From Candidatus Omnitrophota bacterium (GTDB taxonomy: Bacteria; Ratteibacteria; UBA8468; MWAK01), in the NCBI GenBank assembly GCA_043826355.1, contig JBDRQI010000011.1, positions 45,517-109,516 of the forward strand: a stretch of 64,000 nt of DNA, in the 5' to 3' direction. Both the position numbers and the translations under genes were made by a program. The first letter of the stretch is position 1; every line of letters starts with the position of its first letter. This document shows, in pieces, positions 26,749-36,283 of the stretch. The notes under the pieces are model-generated. The model saw only the letters and a program-made list of their open reading frames with translations. It did no database searches and was not told where the DNA came from.

Positions 26749-27612
26749 GCATCCCACATATTTTTTTATGGCAGTCAGGATTTTTTTGTAGGCGTCCGGT
26801 TGAAAAAAGTTAACGGTGCCCAGCCCGACCGCATTGGCGCCGGCCAGAAGCATGGATACGGCGCCTGGACCGTCAAAGACGCCGCCGGAACCAAGAATTG
26901 GAAGGCGGGTTGCCTGCCGCGCTCTAAATACAAGATAGAGGGAAAGAGGCAGGATTGCCGGTCCGGAAAGGCCGCCGGTTACTCCGCCCAGAACCGGTTT
27001 TCTTTTCCGGACGTCAAAAACGATGGCCGGAAAGGTGTTGGCGATGGTCAATCCGTCGCTGCCGGCTTCTTCGGCTGCTTTAACCAGGATTTCAATCCGG
27101 AAGAGGTCCGGCGGCAATTTGGCCAGGACAGGCATCTTTACGGATCGGCGCACCGTTTTTATCCTTTCATGCAGGCCAGCCGGTGAAACCGGATTAAGTG
27201 CGCCACCGGAAAGATTGGGGCAGGAAAGATTAAGTTCCAGCCCGGCCAGGGGTGTTTCTTCCAGTTCTTTCGCCATGCGCGCCAGCTCTCTTTTATTTCC
27301 GGCGATGCTGGCCAGAACCGGCAGGGGCAAATTTTTAGCGTAAGGTACCACGTTTTTAATGAATGCTTTTAAGCCGGGGTTTTCCAGTCCGATGGAATTA
27401 ACCAGTCCGGAAGCCGTTTCTGCAGTTCGGGGGGGCGGATTACCTTCCCGGGGAAGAAGGGTTATTGTTTTACAAATGAGTCCGCCGAGCCGGGAAAGGT
27501 CGATTATTTCGCTCAATTCTTTACCGTATCCTGCGGTCCCGGAAAGAAGAACCAGCGGGTTGCGCAGTTTAATGCCGGCAAAGTTCGGTTCTGCTTTAAA
27601 CGGATTGGACAT
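26731..27612 (-). CDS. pyrD: dihydroorotate dehydrogenase, class 1B catalytic subunit
   Basis: GNPPPR, NSIGLENPG, NLSCPN, GGLSGPAI; start set at MSNPF. Confidence 0.95.
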   Translation of the reverse strand: MSNPFKAEPNFAGIKLRNPLVLLSGTAGYGKELSEIIDLSRLGGLICKTITLLPREGNPPPRTAETASGLVNSIGLENPGLKAFIKNVVPYAKNLPLPVLASIAGNKRELARMAKELEETPLAGLELNLSCPNLSGGALNPVSPAGLHERIKTVRRSVKMPVLAKLPPDLFRIEILVKAAEEAGSDGLTIANTFPAIVFDVRKRKPVLGGVTGGLSGPAILPLSLYLVFRARQATRLPILGSGGVFDGPGAVSMLLAGANAVGLGTVNFFQPDAYKKILTAIKKYVGCCHPER

Positions 27613-28387
27613 CTTTTTCCCAGAGAATCTCTTCGGCCGGGAAGACCGGTCCGTCAACACAGGCCAGGCGGTAGCCGTTTTTGGTTGCTACCGCACAACC
27701 GCGGCAAAGGCCGATTCCGCAGGCCATCATTGTTTCCATGGAAATATAGGCTGGCCAACCGTGCTTTTTCGCGATTTTAGCTGCGGCTGTCAGCATCGGA
27801 TTTGGCCCGCAGGCGTAAAGAATGCCTTTTTCTGACCGGTTCTTAATTTTTCGGCTGAGGAGCGAAGTGGCCAAACCGTTAAATCCAAAAGAGCCGTCTT
27901 CGGTGGCGCAGCAAGTCGGGATATCTAAATTCTGAAAATCACGAAGGAAGAAGAGGCCTTTTTTGGTTTTGCACCCTAAAATGACAACCGGCTTTTCGTT
28001 TTTTGAATCGACCGACAGGGTTTTAGCCAGAAACAAGAGACCGGCTGCGCCCAACCCTCCGGCCAGGATTATTTTGGGACCCGGTAAGATTGGATAAGGT
28101 TTACCCAGCGGACCTAGGAAAGATATCCGGTCGTTGATTTGCAGGTGGCTGAGGCGGGCGGTGCCCTTTCCCTTCACCTGATAAAAAATGGTTGCCTTGT
28201 TTCGGGAAAGACCGGCGACGGAAAAAGGTCTCCGCAGAAGCGGGTCGGTTGTTTTTGACTCAATTTGAACCTGCAGAAATTGACCCGGCTGCGCTTGAAA
28301 ATGTTTCGGAACTTCTATCACAATTTTGTAATAGGACGGAGAAGCGATTTTATAATTTTCTCTGATTTTGCCGGTTTCCAGAGTCAT
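27596..28387 (-). CDS. pyrK: dihydroorotate dehydrogenase electron transfer subunit
   Basis: LRRPFS, GPLG, ACGP, MACGIGLCRGC..CVDGPVF. Confidence 0.93.
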   Translation of the reverse strand: MTLETGKIRENYKIASPSYYKIVIEVPKHFQAQPGQFLQVQIESKTTDPLLRRPFSVAGLSRNKATIFYQVKGKGTARLSHLQINDRISFLGPLGKPYPILPGPKIILAGGLGAAGLLFLAKTLSVDSKNEKPVVILGCKTKKGLFFLRDFQNLDIPTCCATEDGSFGFNGLATSLLSRKIKNRSEKGILYACGPNPMLTAAAKIAKKHGWPAYISMETMMACGIGLCRGCAVATKNGYRLACVDGPVFPAEEILWEKDVQSV

Positions 28388-29322
28388 ATTTTTGATACCC
28401 GTACCTGGCGGTGGATTTCAAAAATTTTAGCCGGGGGCGCAAAAGAAGTGCCAGGGTAAAGGACCGAAGCGGAACCGGCTGCGACACCCATCCGTAACGC
28501 ATCGGCCAGATTTTTGCCGCGGGAAAGTTCGGCCAGCAGACCGGCCAGGAGAGCATCGCCGGCGCCGATAGTGCTGCGCATTTTAAGCGCAGGCGGCCGG
28601 GCCTGGAATGATTCTTTTTCGGTTACGGCCAGAGCGCCTTCGGAACCAAGAGAAACGATGACTGTTTTTACGCCGCCGGCGATAATTTTTTGGGCTGAGC
28701 GCAGAATTTCCGGTCTCTTTTTGCTGACTCTTCTTCCGGTTAGCCGGTTTAATTCAAAGAGGTTTGGTTTTATGATATGAGGAGCGGATTTCAGGCCTTC
28801 AGCGAAAAGTTGATTATCGCTGTCCAGGATGATAGTTAGCCCTTTTTTTTTAAGGCAGGAAATAAGAGTGGCATAAAAACCAGCCGGGATACCGGGTGGC
28901 GCACTCCCGCAAATGGCAAAAAGGGAACCTTTCGGGTAGGGATTGGAGAGAACGTATTCTTTAAGACGTTTCAGCTCTTTTCGGCTAATTTCAGGGCCGG
29001 ATTCGTTGAATCGGTAAATCCGGCCCGTTTTTCTTTCCAGGATATTGTAAATTGCCCGGCTTTCGCCGTTAATTTTAAGAAAACGGCATCTTATCTTTTT
29101 TCGCTTCAGGCACGCTTTAATCCATGCTCCGTTTTCACCGGCAATGAAGCCTAAGGCCGTTCCCTTAATTCCAAAGTCTTTTAAAACGCGTGCGACGTTG
29201 ATGCCTTTACCGCCCACGTCTTTCCGGATTGCTGCCAATCGATTAATGTCTTCCGGAACGATTTTGGAAACCTCCAGGTAGAAATCAACGCTTGGATTAG
29301 CCGTAAGCGTGAAAATATTCAT
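28384..29322 (-). CDS. 1-phosphofructokinase family hexose kinase
   Basis: NPSVD, GGKGINVA, IKPNLFEL, STIGAGD. Confidence 0.92.
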   Translation of the reverse strand: MNIFTLTANPSVDFYLEVSKIVPEDINRLAAIRKDVGGKGINVARVLKDFGIKGTALGFIAGENGAWIKACLKRKKIRCRFLKINGESRAIYNILERKTGRIYRFNESGPEISRKELKRLKEYVLSNPYPKGSLFAICGSAPPGIPAGFYATLISCLKKKGLTIILDSDNQLFAEGLKSAPHIIKPNLFELNRLTGRRVSKKRPEILRSAQKIIAGGVKTVIVSLGSEGALAVTEKESFQARPPALKMRSTIGAGDALLAGLLAELSRGKNLADALRMGVAAGSASVLYPGTSFAPPAKIFEIHRQVRVSKI

Positions 29323-29326
29323 TAAA

Positions 29327-29506
29327 TTAACGAGTTTTCGTTTTGCGGATTCTTTTCAAGCGGCGTTGACGACTCGCCGGTTCGAAAAATTCCCGGCCCT
29401 TAATCTCCTGGAGAATTTTTTCCCGTTCTACCTCACGCTTAAAACGCTTGAATATTTTCTCAAAATCTTCGCCAGGCCTGCTTCTTCGTTTTACTTCTCC
29501 AGCCAC
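29327..29506 (-). CDS. rpsU: 30S ribosomal protein S21
   Basis: Missed by ORF track (59 aa, GTG start): MAGEVKRRSRPGEDFEKIFKRFKREVEREKILQEIKGREFFEPASRQRRLKRIRKTKTR. Confidence 0.88.
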   Translation of the reverse strand: MAGEVKRRSRPGEDFEKIFKRFKREVEREKILQEIKGREFFEPASRQRRLKRIRKTKTR

Positions 29507-29536
29507 AATGCTTCACCCCCTTTGATTAAGACGTTC

Positions 29537-29791
29537 TTATATTTTGTCAACCTCGTAAATTTCCTTTTTACAATTGTGGCATATTTTTTCCCCGCCGGTA
29601 TAACCATCTACGAAAAAACAATACCGACAACGAATATTTGTCCGAAATTCATGAGGAACAATGACCGGTTTTTTTTCTTTATTCTTCTTTTTTTCTTCTT
29701 TTTTTCCCTTTTTCGCAGTTTTTTTTACCGGCATAACCGTCTTTTTAACAGTGCTGACCGTTTTTTTCGCTTTACCGGATTTCCGGGCCAT
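29537..29791 (-). CDS. small Lys-rich protein with CxxC..CxxC zinc ribbon
   Basis: Highly basic N-terminus; CRYC and CHNC; co-oriented with rpsU. Confidence 0.6.
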   Translation of the reverse strand: MARKSGKAKKTVSTVKKTVMPVKKTAKKGKKEEKKKNKEKKPVIVPHEFRTNIRCRYCFFVDGYTGGEKICHNCKKEIYEVDKI

Positions 29792-29927
29792 TAACCCCCC
29801 TTTTATGATTTATGATGATTTATGATGTTGGTCCCCTGTTGAATACCTTAACGAATAATTATATCCTAATTTATCTCAGAAAGTCAAATTTGACCGTTCG
29901 GGCGGCCTTGCGGTAAAATTCCATATT

Positions 29928-30881
29928 ATGGATACGATTTCAAAAGGAGTGCTTTGTGCGGGTATTGCAGTTGTGGATATAGTGGTGAAACCGGTAGCCG
30001 GTTTGCCGGAAGAGGGAAAACTCCTGTTAGTGGACAAAATTGAACTTCACTGCGGTGGTTGCGCGGTTAATACCGGAATCGGACTGGCCCGGCTTGGGGT
30101 TAAATCCGGGCTTTCCGGTCGGATAGGCCTGGATGGTTTTGGTAATTTTTTAAAGGAACGTCTGGCTGCGGAAGGGGTTTCTACGATTGGTCTGAAGATG
30201 GTTCCCGGCGAGCAAACTTCTGCCACCGTCGTAATGGTTTCAACGACCGGCGAACGTTCTTTCCTCCATTCCTTGGGCGCAAACCGGAATTACAGCGCCG
30301 CGGATTTTGACCTTCAATTATTTTCGGAGTACCGAATCCTGCATCTGGCCGGAATCCTGTTAACCCCTTCCTTTGACGGCGCGCCGGCTGCTTCTATTAT
30401 GCGCCAGGCAAAGGAGGCAGGACTGGTTACTTCGCTTGATACCGCCTGGGATTCAACCGGCCGGTGGCTGAAAGCGGTTGGTCCCATCCTGCCATACACA
30501 GACCTCTTTCTTCCAAGCCTTGAGGAGGCCAAGATGCTTTCCGGGTTGAAAAATCCGGAGAAGATTGCTGATTTTTTTCTAAAAGCAGGCGTAAAAGTGG
30601 TAGCGCTGAAGATGGGTTCTGAGGGTTCATATTTCAAGTCAGCACTCGGGGAAAAAGGTTTTGTGCCTATTTGCCAGATTGATGAGGTGAAAGATACCAC
30701 CGGCGCCGGCGATGCTTTTGTCGCCGGTTTTCTGACCGGATACCTTCAGGAATGGCCGTTACCGCGGGTGGCCCGGCTGGCTAATGCGGTTGGAGCCCTT
30801 GCGGCCAGCAAGATGGGAGCCACGGCCGGTATCCGCTCCCTGTCAGAAACGCTCCGTTTTGCCAATATTGACATAGAATGA
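29928..30881 (+). CDS. PfkB family carbohydrate kinase
   Basis: GGCAVN, DGFG, DTTGAGDAF motifs. Confidence 0.93.
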   Translation: MDTISKGVLCAGIAVVDIVVKPVAGLPEEGKLLLVDKIELHCGGCAVNTGIGLARLGVKSGLSGRIGLDGFGNFLKERLAAEGVSTIGLKMVPGEQTSATVVMVSTTGERSFLHSLGANRNYSAADFDLQLFSEYRILHLAGILLTPSFDGAPAASIMRQAKEAGLVTSLDTAWDSTGRWLKAVGPILPYTDLFLPSLEEAKMLSGLKNPEKIADFFLKAGVKVVALKMGSEGSYFKSALGEKGFVPICQIDEVKDTTGAGDAFVAGFLTGYLQEWPLPRVARLANAVGALAASKMGATAGIRSLSETLRFANIDIE

Positions 30882-32878
30882 TGCTGGCTTCACGCCGCAC
30901 GCTATTATTTCTTTTTCCTGTCATTTGCCTGGTTTGCTGTGATTTCTTTTCCGGTATTCTCAGAGCCGACCCAGGGCCGGTCTTCTGGAAAGCGGATAAC
31001 TCCGAGGCATTTCTTACCTCCGGCGGTGCAGTTTCCGAAGTAATTCTTAAAGGAAACGTCTTTCTTGTTTCCGGAGACCGGACCATTACGGCCGAGGAAG
31101 GACATTATTTTCCTGATAGACAAGAGGCGGTTATTTCCGGAAACGTACGTCTTTTATTGCCGGCCGGGACGGTTGATACGGACGAAGCTTTTTACAACTT
31201 TCAAAACGGGTTCGGATTTACCGGGCCGGCCACTTTTTCCAACCCGCCCTGGTTTGGAAAGGCCGAACGGATTGAAATAGAGGGTTCGGATACGCTCCTG
31301 TTGCGCAACGGCTATCTTACCACCTGCGACCTTGCACACCCCCATTACCGGGTTACCTTAAAATCAGCCTCAGTCAAGAAAGACGAATGGATAAAAATCA
31401 GGTCGGCGACCTTTCGCGTGGGAAAAGTGCCGGTTCTTCACCTGCCGGTATTTTCCCAGTCACTGGATTCTTCGGCAGCGTTTGGGCTCGGTATAAATCC
31501 GGTTTTGAATTCTATCGAAGGGTTTCAGGTTTACACAACACTGAGATACAATACCCCCCAGGAACATTACAGTCTGGACCTTGATTACCGTGGTGAAGAA
31601 GGTTTCGGGTTTGGCCCGGGCCTGAAAAGCAGCCGATGGGGGCAGACCGAAATCAAAACCTATTTCATCCGGGACTTGAAACAGGATCAGGACCGTTACC
31701 GTCTGGAGGCCTGGCACCGTTCCATTTTTCCGAGAGGCTCGGGAGAGGATAATCTCCTGCTGCAGGTTCATAAATTTTCCGATGCCGGTTTTTTGAAAGA
31801 TTATTTTTGGAGGGAATACAATCAGGATGTAGCGCGAAACAGTTTCCTGTCCTATTCTTTAAACAGAAAGAATTATTACGCCGGATTTTTGCTGGACGGG
31901 GAGTTGGATAATTACCATAACCTGACCCAAAGATTGCCGGAATTGACCTTTTTCTCGCCTTTCCGGAAGGCAGTCGGTTCCTACTGGCAGGAGGAAGCCG
32001 CTTTAAACGTTTTTGCGAAGGAATTTTCCGGTAAAACGGAAGAAACAACCCGTTTCCATCTTACGGAAACCGTGTCCCGGTTTTATCCCCTGGCCGGAGG
32101 CGTTTTCCGGCCCTTTATCTCCGGAGGCGCAACCTATTATTCGCAGGACCGGTTCGGTGAAGAGAGAACCCGTTATTTTTCGGAAACTGGTTTTGACCTG
32201 GGCTGGAAATTAGCCCGGACCGTTAATCGAAAAAGTGATTCCAACCGGGTTCATTACCTGGAACCGCGGATTATCTTTTTGGCCAGAGATGTTTCCCTGG
32301 CGCCGGAAAAATTATTTTATTATGACGACACAGACCAGATTCAGTCGGACCAACTGTTGAGTTTTCAATTGTTAAACCGCCTTAAATTAAATAGACCGGA
32401 AGGCAGTTTTGAAGAATTGCGTTTTGATTTAAAGGCAGATTATTCCATTAAGCGAGAACGTTTTGGGAACCTGCGGAGTCTGCTCGTTTTCGACCCGCGC
32501 CGGACCCTTACTTTACGAAACGAAAGTGAATTTAACCTGGATGCGGGAAAGTGCGACACGACTTCTACTTCCCTTGTCTGGCAGAAAAACGGCTATGGTC
32601 TCCGGCTTAATCACGGCTATCAAAGAAATGAAAGTCAAACCCTTACCCCGGGTGTATCCATACCATTCGGCAGCAAATGGAGAGTTGATAGCTACGCCAC
32701 CTACAATTTAAATGACAGTAAATTTGAAGGAAGGGAAATAAGCATCTGGCGCGACCTTCACTGCTGGGAGAGCCGCCTCGGTCTTTACCAGGACCAGGCA
32801 GAAACGGAAATCTACGTTATCTTTACTCTCAAAGGATTTCCGGAAGATGCGCTTAAGATCAAGTCCCATCTTTACTAA
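30878..32878 (+). CDS. lptD: LPS-assembly protein LptD-like
   Basis: Signal peptide; LTTCDLAHPHY, VPVLHLP, RLPE, RDLHCWE; beta-barrel character. Confidence 0.8.
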   Translation: MMLASRRTLLFLFPVICLVCCDFFSGILRADPGPVFWKADNSEAFLTSGGAVSEVILKGNVFLVSGDRTITAEEGHYFPDRQEAVISGNVRLLLPAGTVDTDEAFYNFQNGFGFTGPATFSNPPWFGKAERIEIEGSDTLLLRNGYLTTCDLAHPHYRVTLKSASVKKDEWIKIRSATFRVGKVPVLHLPVFSQSLDSSAAFGLGINPVLNSIEGFQVYTTLRYNTPQEHYSLDLDYRGEEGFGFGPGLKSSRWGQTEIKTYFIRDLKQDQDRYRLEAWHRSIFPRGSGEDNLLLQVHKFSDAGFLKDYFWREYNQDVARNSFLSYSLNRKNYYAGFLLDGELDNYHNLTQRLPELTFFSPFRKAVGSYWQEEAALNVFAKEFSGKTEETTRFHLTETVSRFYPLAGGVFRPFISGGATYYSQDRFGEERTRYFSETGFDLGWKLARTVNRKSDSNRVHYLEPRIIFLARDVSLAPEKLFYYDDTDQIQSDQLLSFQLLNRLKLNRPEGSFEELRFDLKADYSIKRERFGNLRSLLVFDPRRTLTLRNESEFNLDAGKCDTTSTSLVWQKNGYGLRLNHGYQRNESQTLTPGVSIPFGSKWRVDSYATYNLNDSKFEGREISIWRDLHCWESRLGLYQDQAETEIYVIFTLKGFPEDALKIKSHLY

Positions 32879-32947
32879 ATTTCTTGTGTTTGTACCTATT
32901 TTTTGAGTATAATATTAATTTAGGAAAGGATTAAATTTACTGTTTAA

Positions 32948-33019
32948 GGCGGTGTAGCTCAGCGGTAGAGCAAGCGGCTCATACCCGCTATGTCTGGGGT
33001 TCGAATCCCCGCACCGCCA
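32948..33019 (+). tRNA. tRNA-Met(CAT), elongator type
   Basis: GGCGGTG/CACCGCC acceptor, AGCGG-CT CAT AC-CCGCT, TGGGG-TTCGAAT-CCCCG; G1-C72 pair argues against fMet, Ile2 not excluded; no encoded CCA. Confidence 0.9.
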
Positions 33020-33144
33020 CATTGTAAGATTACTGGGATTCGAAGAGAGCGAAGTCAGGAGCTGCGACGAGAAGGAGCAGCGACAGCGAATGGCCGACCC
33101 GAGGCGCAGTGAAAGCCGAGCGGCGCCGAATCCCCGCACCGCCA
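33020..33144 (+). mobile_element. tRNA-3'-associated structured element, copy 2 (after tRNA-Met)
   Basis: 18-bp duplication CGAATCCCCGCACCGCCA (33127-33144 = 33002-33019); GGGATTCGAA at 33035; core shared with 1471-1557. Confidence 0.75.
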
Positions 33145-33199
33145 TATAAAAGTATAGTGAATAGTGAACGGTAAAAAATTTTAAGTATTAAATTAATTA

Positions 33200-33388
33200 G
33201 TTTTTCTTCAAGAGAGGTTTGTTTTTTTTGCAACACTTCGCGGAGTGACAGCAACAAAACAAGCAGTACGACGGCATGAGTAGCCGTGGCTCACCCGAAT
33301 TTAGGGTGAGAACACGGAGAGTCTCATGACGGAGTTGCGTAGTTTTGTCTGGCACGCAGCGTGTGTTGCAAAAAAAACAACCGAACGC
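33200..33388 (+). repeat. ~185-bp rod-like hairpin element, copy 2
   Basis: TTGTTTTTTTTGCAACAC/GTGTTGCAAAAAAAACAA; CTCACCC/GGGTGAG apex; GGAGTTGCGTAG. Confidence 0.85.
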
Positions 33389-33391
33389 CCT

Positions 33392-35047
33392 ATGGGATAC
33401 CAGGTGCTTGCCTTAAAACACCGGCCCAGAACCTTTTCGGAAGTTCGCGGCCAGGAGCAGATCACCACTGCGCTGACCAGAAGCCTGGCGGAAAAACGGA
33501 TTGCCAACGCGTATCTTTTTTCCGGCCCCAGGGGCGTGGGTAAGACCTCGGTTGCCAGAATCCTGGCCCGAAGCCTTAACTGCGTCAACGGGCCGCTTCC
33601 GGAACCTTGCAATGATTGTGAGTACTGCCGGGAAATCCTGGAGGGCCGCAATCTGGATTTTTTGGAAGTTGACGGCGCCAGCAATCGGGGGATTGACGAC
33701 ATAAGGGCTATCAATGATAATACCCGCTTTATGCCGATTAAGAACCGGTATAAAATCTACCTGATAGATGAAGTTCATATGCTGACCGACCCTGCTTTTA
33801 ACGCAATCCTAAAAACCCTGGAGGAGCCGCCGGAACATGCCAAGTTTATCTTTGCCACCACCCATCCCGACAAACTTCCACCAACCATTGTCTCCCGCTG
33901 TCAGCGTTTTGATTTTCACCTTATTTCAACCAATGAAATCACCCGCCACCTGGCTGAAATTGCCGGAATGGAAAATATTCGGATAGAACCAGCCGCTTTA
34001 TTGCGTATCAGCCAGTCGGCGGCCGGTTCTTTTCGCGATGGGCTCTCAATTCTTGACCAGCTGGCTTCGTTTTGTTTCGGCGAGCAGATAACAGCGCTTG
34101 ACGTGGAAAAGATGTTGAGCCTGGTGCCGGAAAAAATTTATCTGGACGCGATTCAGTTGTTCCGTTCCGGAAATAAGCGGGGTTGCCTGGAGTTGGTCGC
34201 CCGGGTTTCTCAGTCCGGTTACGGCCTTTTCCAATTCGCTTCCGGGGTCCTGGAGTTTGCGCGCCACCTTGTTTTAATCAAAGCCGGAGCAGGGGACCTG
34301 GCAACTGACGCGGTTACCCCTGAATCGGCGCAAACCCTGACCGGGCTCGCCGGCCAGTTTACCATGCCGGAACTCTTAAGTCTGCTGGAAAAACTTGCCG
34401 AAGAACGCGACAGGTTAAAACACGAAGACCTGCTTCAGATCCGTCTGGAAACAATCTTTTTGAAGATGGCTGAGATTTTTGGTAAATCGGAAAAAGTAAT
34501 TATTGAGCCGGTTATTCTGAAAGCGGAACCGGTGCTCAAAAAACCTGTTTTGGAAAATCAGGCAGAAGCGGCTGCCGTCAGAAAAACAATAAAAACGGAA
34601 AAAGGGGCGCCGGAAGAGGTTGCGCCGGAAAGACCGGCAACCGACTTGTGGCAGTTATTCCTGGAAGAGGTCGGCAAGGAAAAGCCGTTTCTTTTGCCGA
34701 CTTTAAAAGCCGGGCGGCTGAAAAAAATGGAAGCGGTTCACAACGGAAAAACGGTGCACCTGAGTTTTCGGCGGTCGTTTGAAGAAGGACTCTTAAAAAG
34801 CAACCGGGCGGTTCTGGCTGAAATCTGGTCCCGAAAATTTGATTCCGGAAACGTATTATTCGAAACCGTCATTGAAGAGGGAAAAAAGTTCGATGAAGCC
34901 AGGGTTCGGCCGCGCCATTTAAAAAGCGAACCCGGCGAATCGGGGCACTCTGCTTCGGCCAGTCTTATTCCTGAAGAAGAAGACCTTGTGCGGCGGGTTC
35001 TGGGAATGTTTGACGGAGAGGTAACATCCATTAAAAAGGAGATTTAA
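33392..35047 (+). CDS. dnaX: DNA polymerase III subunit gamma/tau
   Basis: LALKHRP, GPRGVGKT, EVDGASNRG, DEVHML, SRCQRF; start at MGYQV. Confidence 0.97.
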   Translation: MGYQVLALKHRPRTFSEVRGQEQITTALTRSLAEKRIANAYLFSGPRGVGKTSVARILARSLNCVNGPLPEPCNDCEYCREILEGRNLDFLEVDGASNRGIDDIRAINDNTRFMPIKNRYKIYLIDEVHMLTDPAFNAILKTLEEPPEHAKFIFATTHPDKLPPTIVSRCQRFDFHLISTNEITRHLAEIAGMENIRIEPAALLRISQSAAGSFRDGLSILDQLASFCFGEQITALDVEKMLSLVPEKIYLDAIQLFRSGNKRGCLELVARVSQSGYGLFQFASGVLEFARHLVLIKAGAGDLATDAVTPESAQTLTGLAGQFTMPELLSLLEKLAEERDRLKHEDLLQIRLETIFLKMAEIFGKSEKVIIEPVILKAEPVLKKPVLENQAEAAAVRKTIKTEKGAPEEVAPERPATDLWQLFLEEVGKEKPFLLPTLKAGRLKKMEAVHNGKTVHLSFRRSFEEGLLKSNRAVLAEIWSRKFDSGNVLFETVIEEGKKFDEARVRPRHLKSEPGESGHSASASLIPEEEDLVRRVLGMFDGEVTSIKKEI

Positions 35048-35050
35048 TTT

Positions 35051-35362
35051 ATGGCGAATTTTATGCAGTCGCTCAAGGAAATAAGCAAATTAAAGCAAAG
35101 CGCGAAAGTTCTGGAGAAAAAATTGCGCGAAGAACGGATGGATTTTTCCAGTCGTGACGGTCGGGTAAAAGGAATTATGAACGGGAAATTGGAGATTGTT
35201 TCCCTGGAAATTTCACCGGATTTGATTTCCGTCCCACAAAAACAAAACCTGGAAAGACTGGTTCTGGAAACCATTAATAACACAGTCGGACAGATGCAAA
35301 ACAAGGTTTCCAAGATAGTCAGCAGCCAGATGGGCATCAACCTGCCGGGTCTGGGTTTTTAA
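35051..35362 (+). CDS. YbaB/EbfC nucleoid-associated protein
   Basis: Follows dnaX; size and G.VK..MNG..EIVSLEI pattern. Confidence 0.85.
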   Translation: MANFMQSLKEISKLKQSAKVLEKKLREERMDFSSRDGRVKGIMNGKLEIVSLEISPDLISVPQKQNLERLVLETINNTVGQMQNKVSKIVSSQMGINLPGLGF

Positions 35363-35385
35363 AAGGGATTGCTTAAAAACCCCCA

Positions 35386-36237
35386 ATGTGGCTTCTTTAC
35401 CATTTTTTTGCTTTTCTGGTGCTTCATCTGCCGAAAAGGGCATCCCTTTCCCTGGCTCGTTGCCTGGCGCTTTATCAGTATTGGACAACTCCGTTGCTTA
35501 AACGGCGTCTGCGCGCAAATCTTAGCCAGGTCTTAAAGGAAACCGGTCGGAGCCAGGATGAGTTAGAGAGCCTGGTCAAGGAAGGCTACCTTAATTTCGG
35601 CCGGTATCTGCATGAGCTTTATTTTGTTCCCCGGATAAACCTGGATTTTCTGAAAGACCATCTGGAGATCAGGGGCAGGGAAAACCTGGACCAGGCGTTC
35701 CGGCAGGGCAGAGGGGTAATCAGCCTTACGGCGCACCTGGGTAACTGGGAATTGGCCGGAATCTTTGCCGCTCTGCTCGGCTATACTATTACGGCGGTGG
35801 CTCTTCCCCACCCGGGCCGGTTAATGAACCGTTTTTTTATGAGGAGACGGATGGCCAAAGGTGTAAAAGTGGTTTTGCTGGGCAAGCAGACTAAACGCTT
35901 AATTACGGCGCTCAGGCAGAATGAACTGGTGGCGCTGCTGGGAGACCGGGCTTTCGGACCGCCTTACTTGAATCTGAAATTTTTCGGCAAAGTGGCTGTT
36001 ATTCCGGCCGGGCCGGTTCAACTGGCGGTAAAACTGGGCAGTCCGGTAGTGCCGGGTTTTCTGGTGCGGAAAGATGAAAAATATATCTTTTTTTTTGAAC
36101 CGCCCATTTATCCCGATTTAACGAAAAATGGTCCTGAAGCGGTGGATGATCTGGCAAAGAAATCCATTGTTTGCCTTGAAAAATACATCGGAGCTTATCC
36201 AAGCCAGTGGCTGGTTTTTAACTATGTATGGAAATAA
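35386..36237 (+). CDS. lipid A biosynthesis-type/lysophospholipid acyltransferase
   Basis: TAHLGNWEL, LLGDR, FFG, YPSQW motifs. Confidence 0.88.
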   Translation: MWLLYHFFAFLVLHLPKRASLSLARCLALYQYWTTPLLKRRLRANLSQVLKETGRSQDELESLVKEGYLNFGRYLHELYFVPRINLDFLKDHLEIRGRENLDQAFRQGRGVISLTAHLGNWELAGIFAALLGYTITAVALPHPGRLMNRFFMRRRMAKGVKVVLLGKQTKRLITALRQNELVALLGDRAFGPPYLNLKFFGKVAVIPAGPVQLAVKLGSPVVPGFLVRKDEKYIFFFEPPIYPDLTKNGPEAVDDLAKKSIVCLEKYIGAYPSQWLVFNYVWK

Positions 36238-36283
36238 TTACAATGATTACGGTAATTACGAAAGGAAGATTACGGTGATTACG
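36237..36283 (+). repeat. GATTAC-type short tandem repeats
   Basis: ATTACAATGATTACGGTAATTACG..GATTACGGTGATTACG; same motif flanks the GxxExxY gene. Confidence 0.65.

Noticed and set aside
29309..29794. 161-aa Phe-rich plus-strand ORF
   Set aside because: It is the antisense shadow of the Lys-rich rpsU and zinc-ribbon genes.
33050..33085. SRP RNA (ffs) upstream of dnaX, suggested by GTCAGG..AAGGAGCAGC
   Set aside because: There is no GNRA-capped 3-bp helix between CAGG and AGCA, and the homologous Val copy has AGCAAT and pairs differently. It belongs to the tRNA-associated element.
33100..33127. Group II intron domain V (GCAGTGAAAGCCG)
   Set aside because: There is no AGC triad stem with an AC bulge or domain VI, and the element is far too short.
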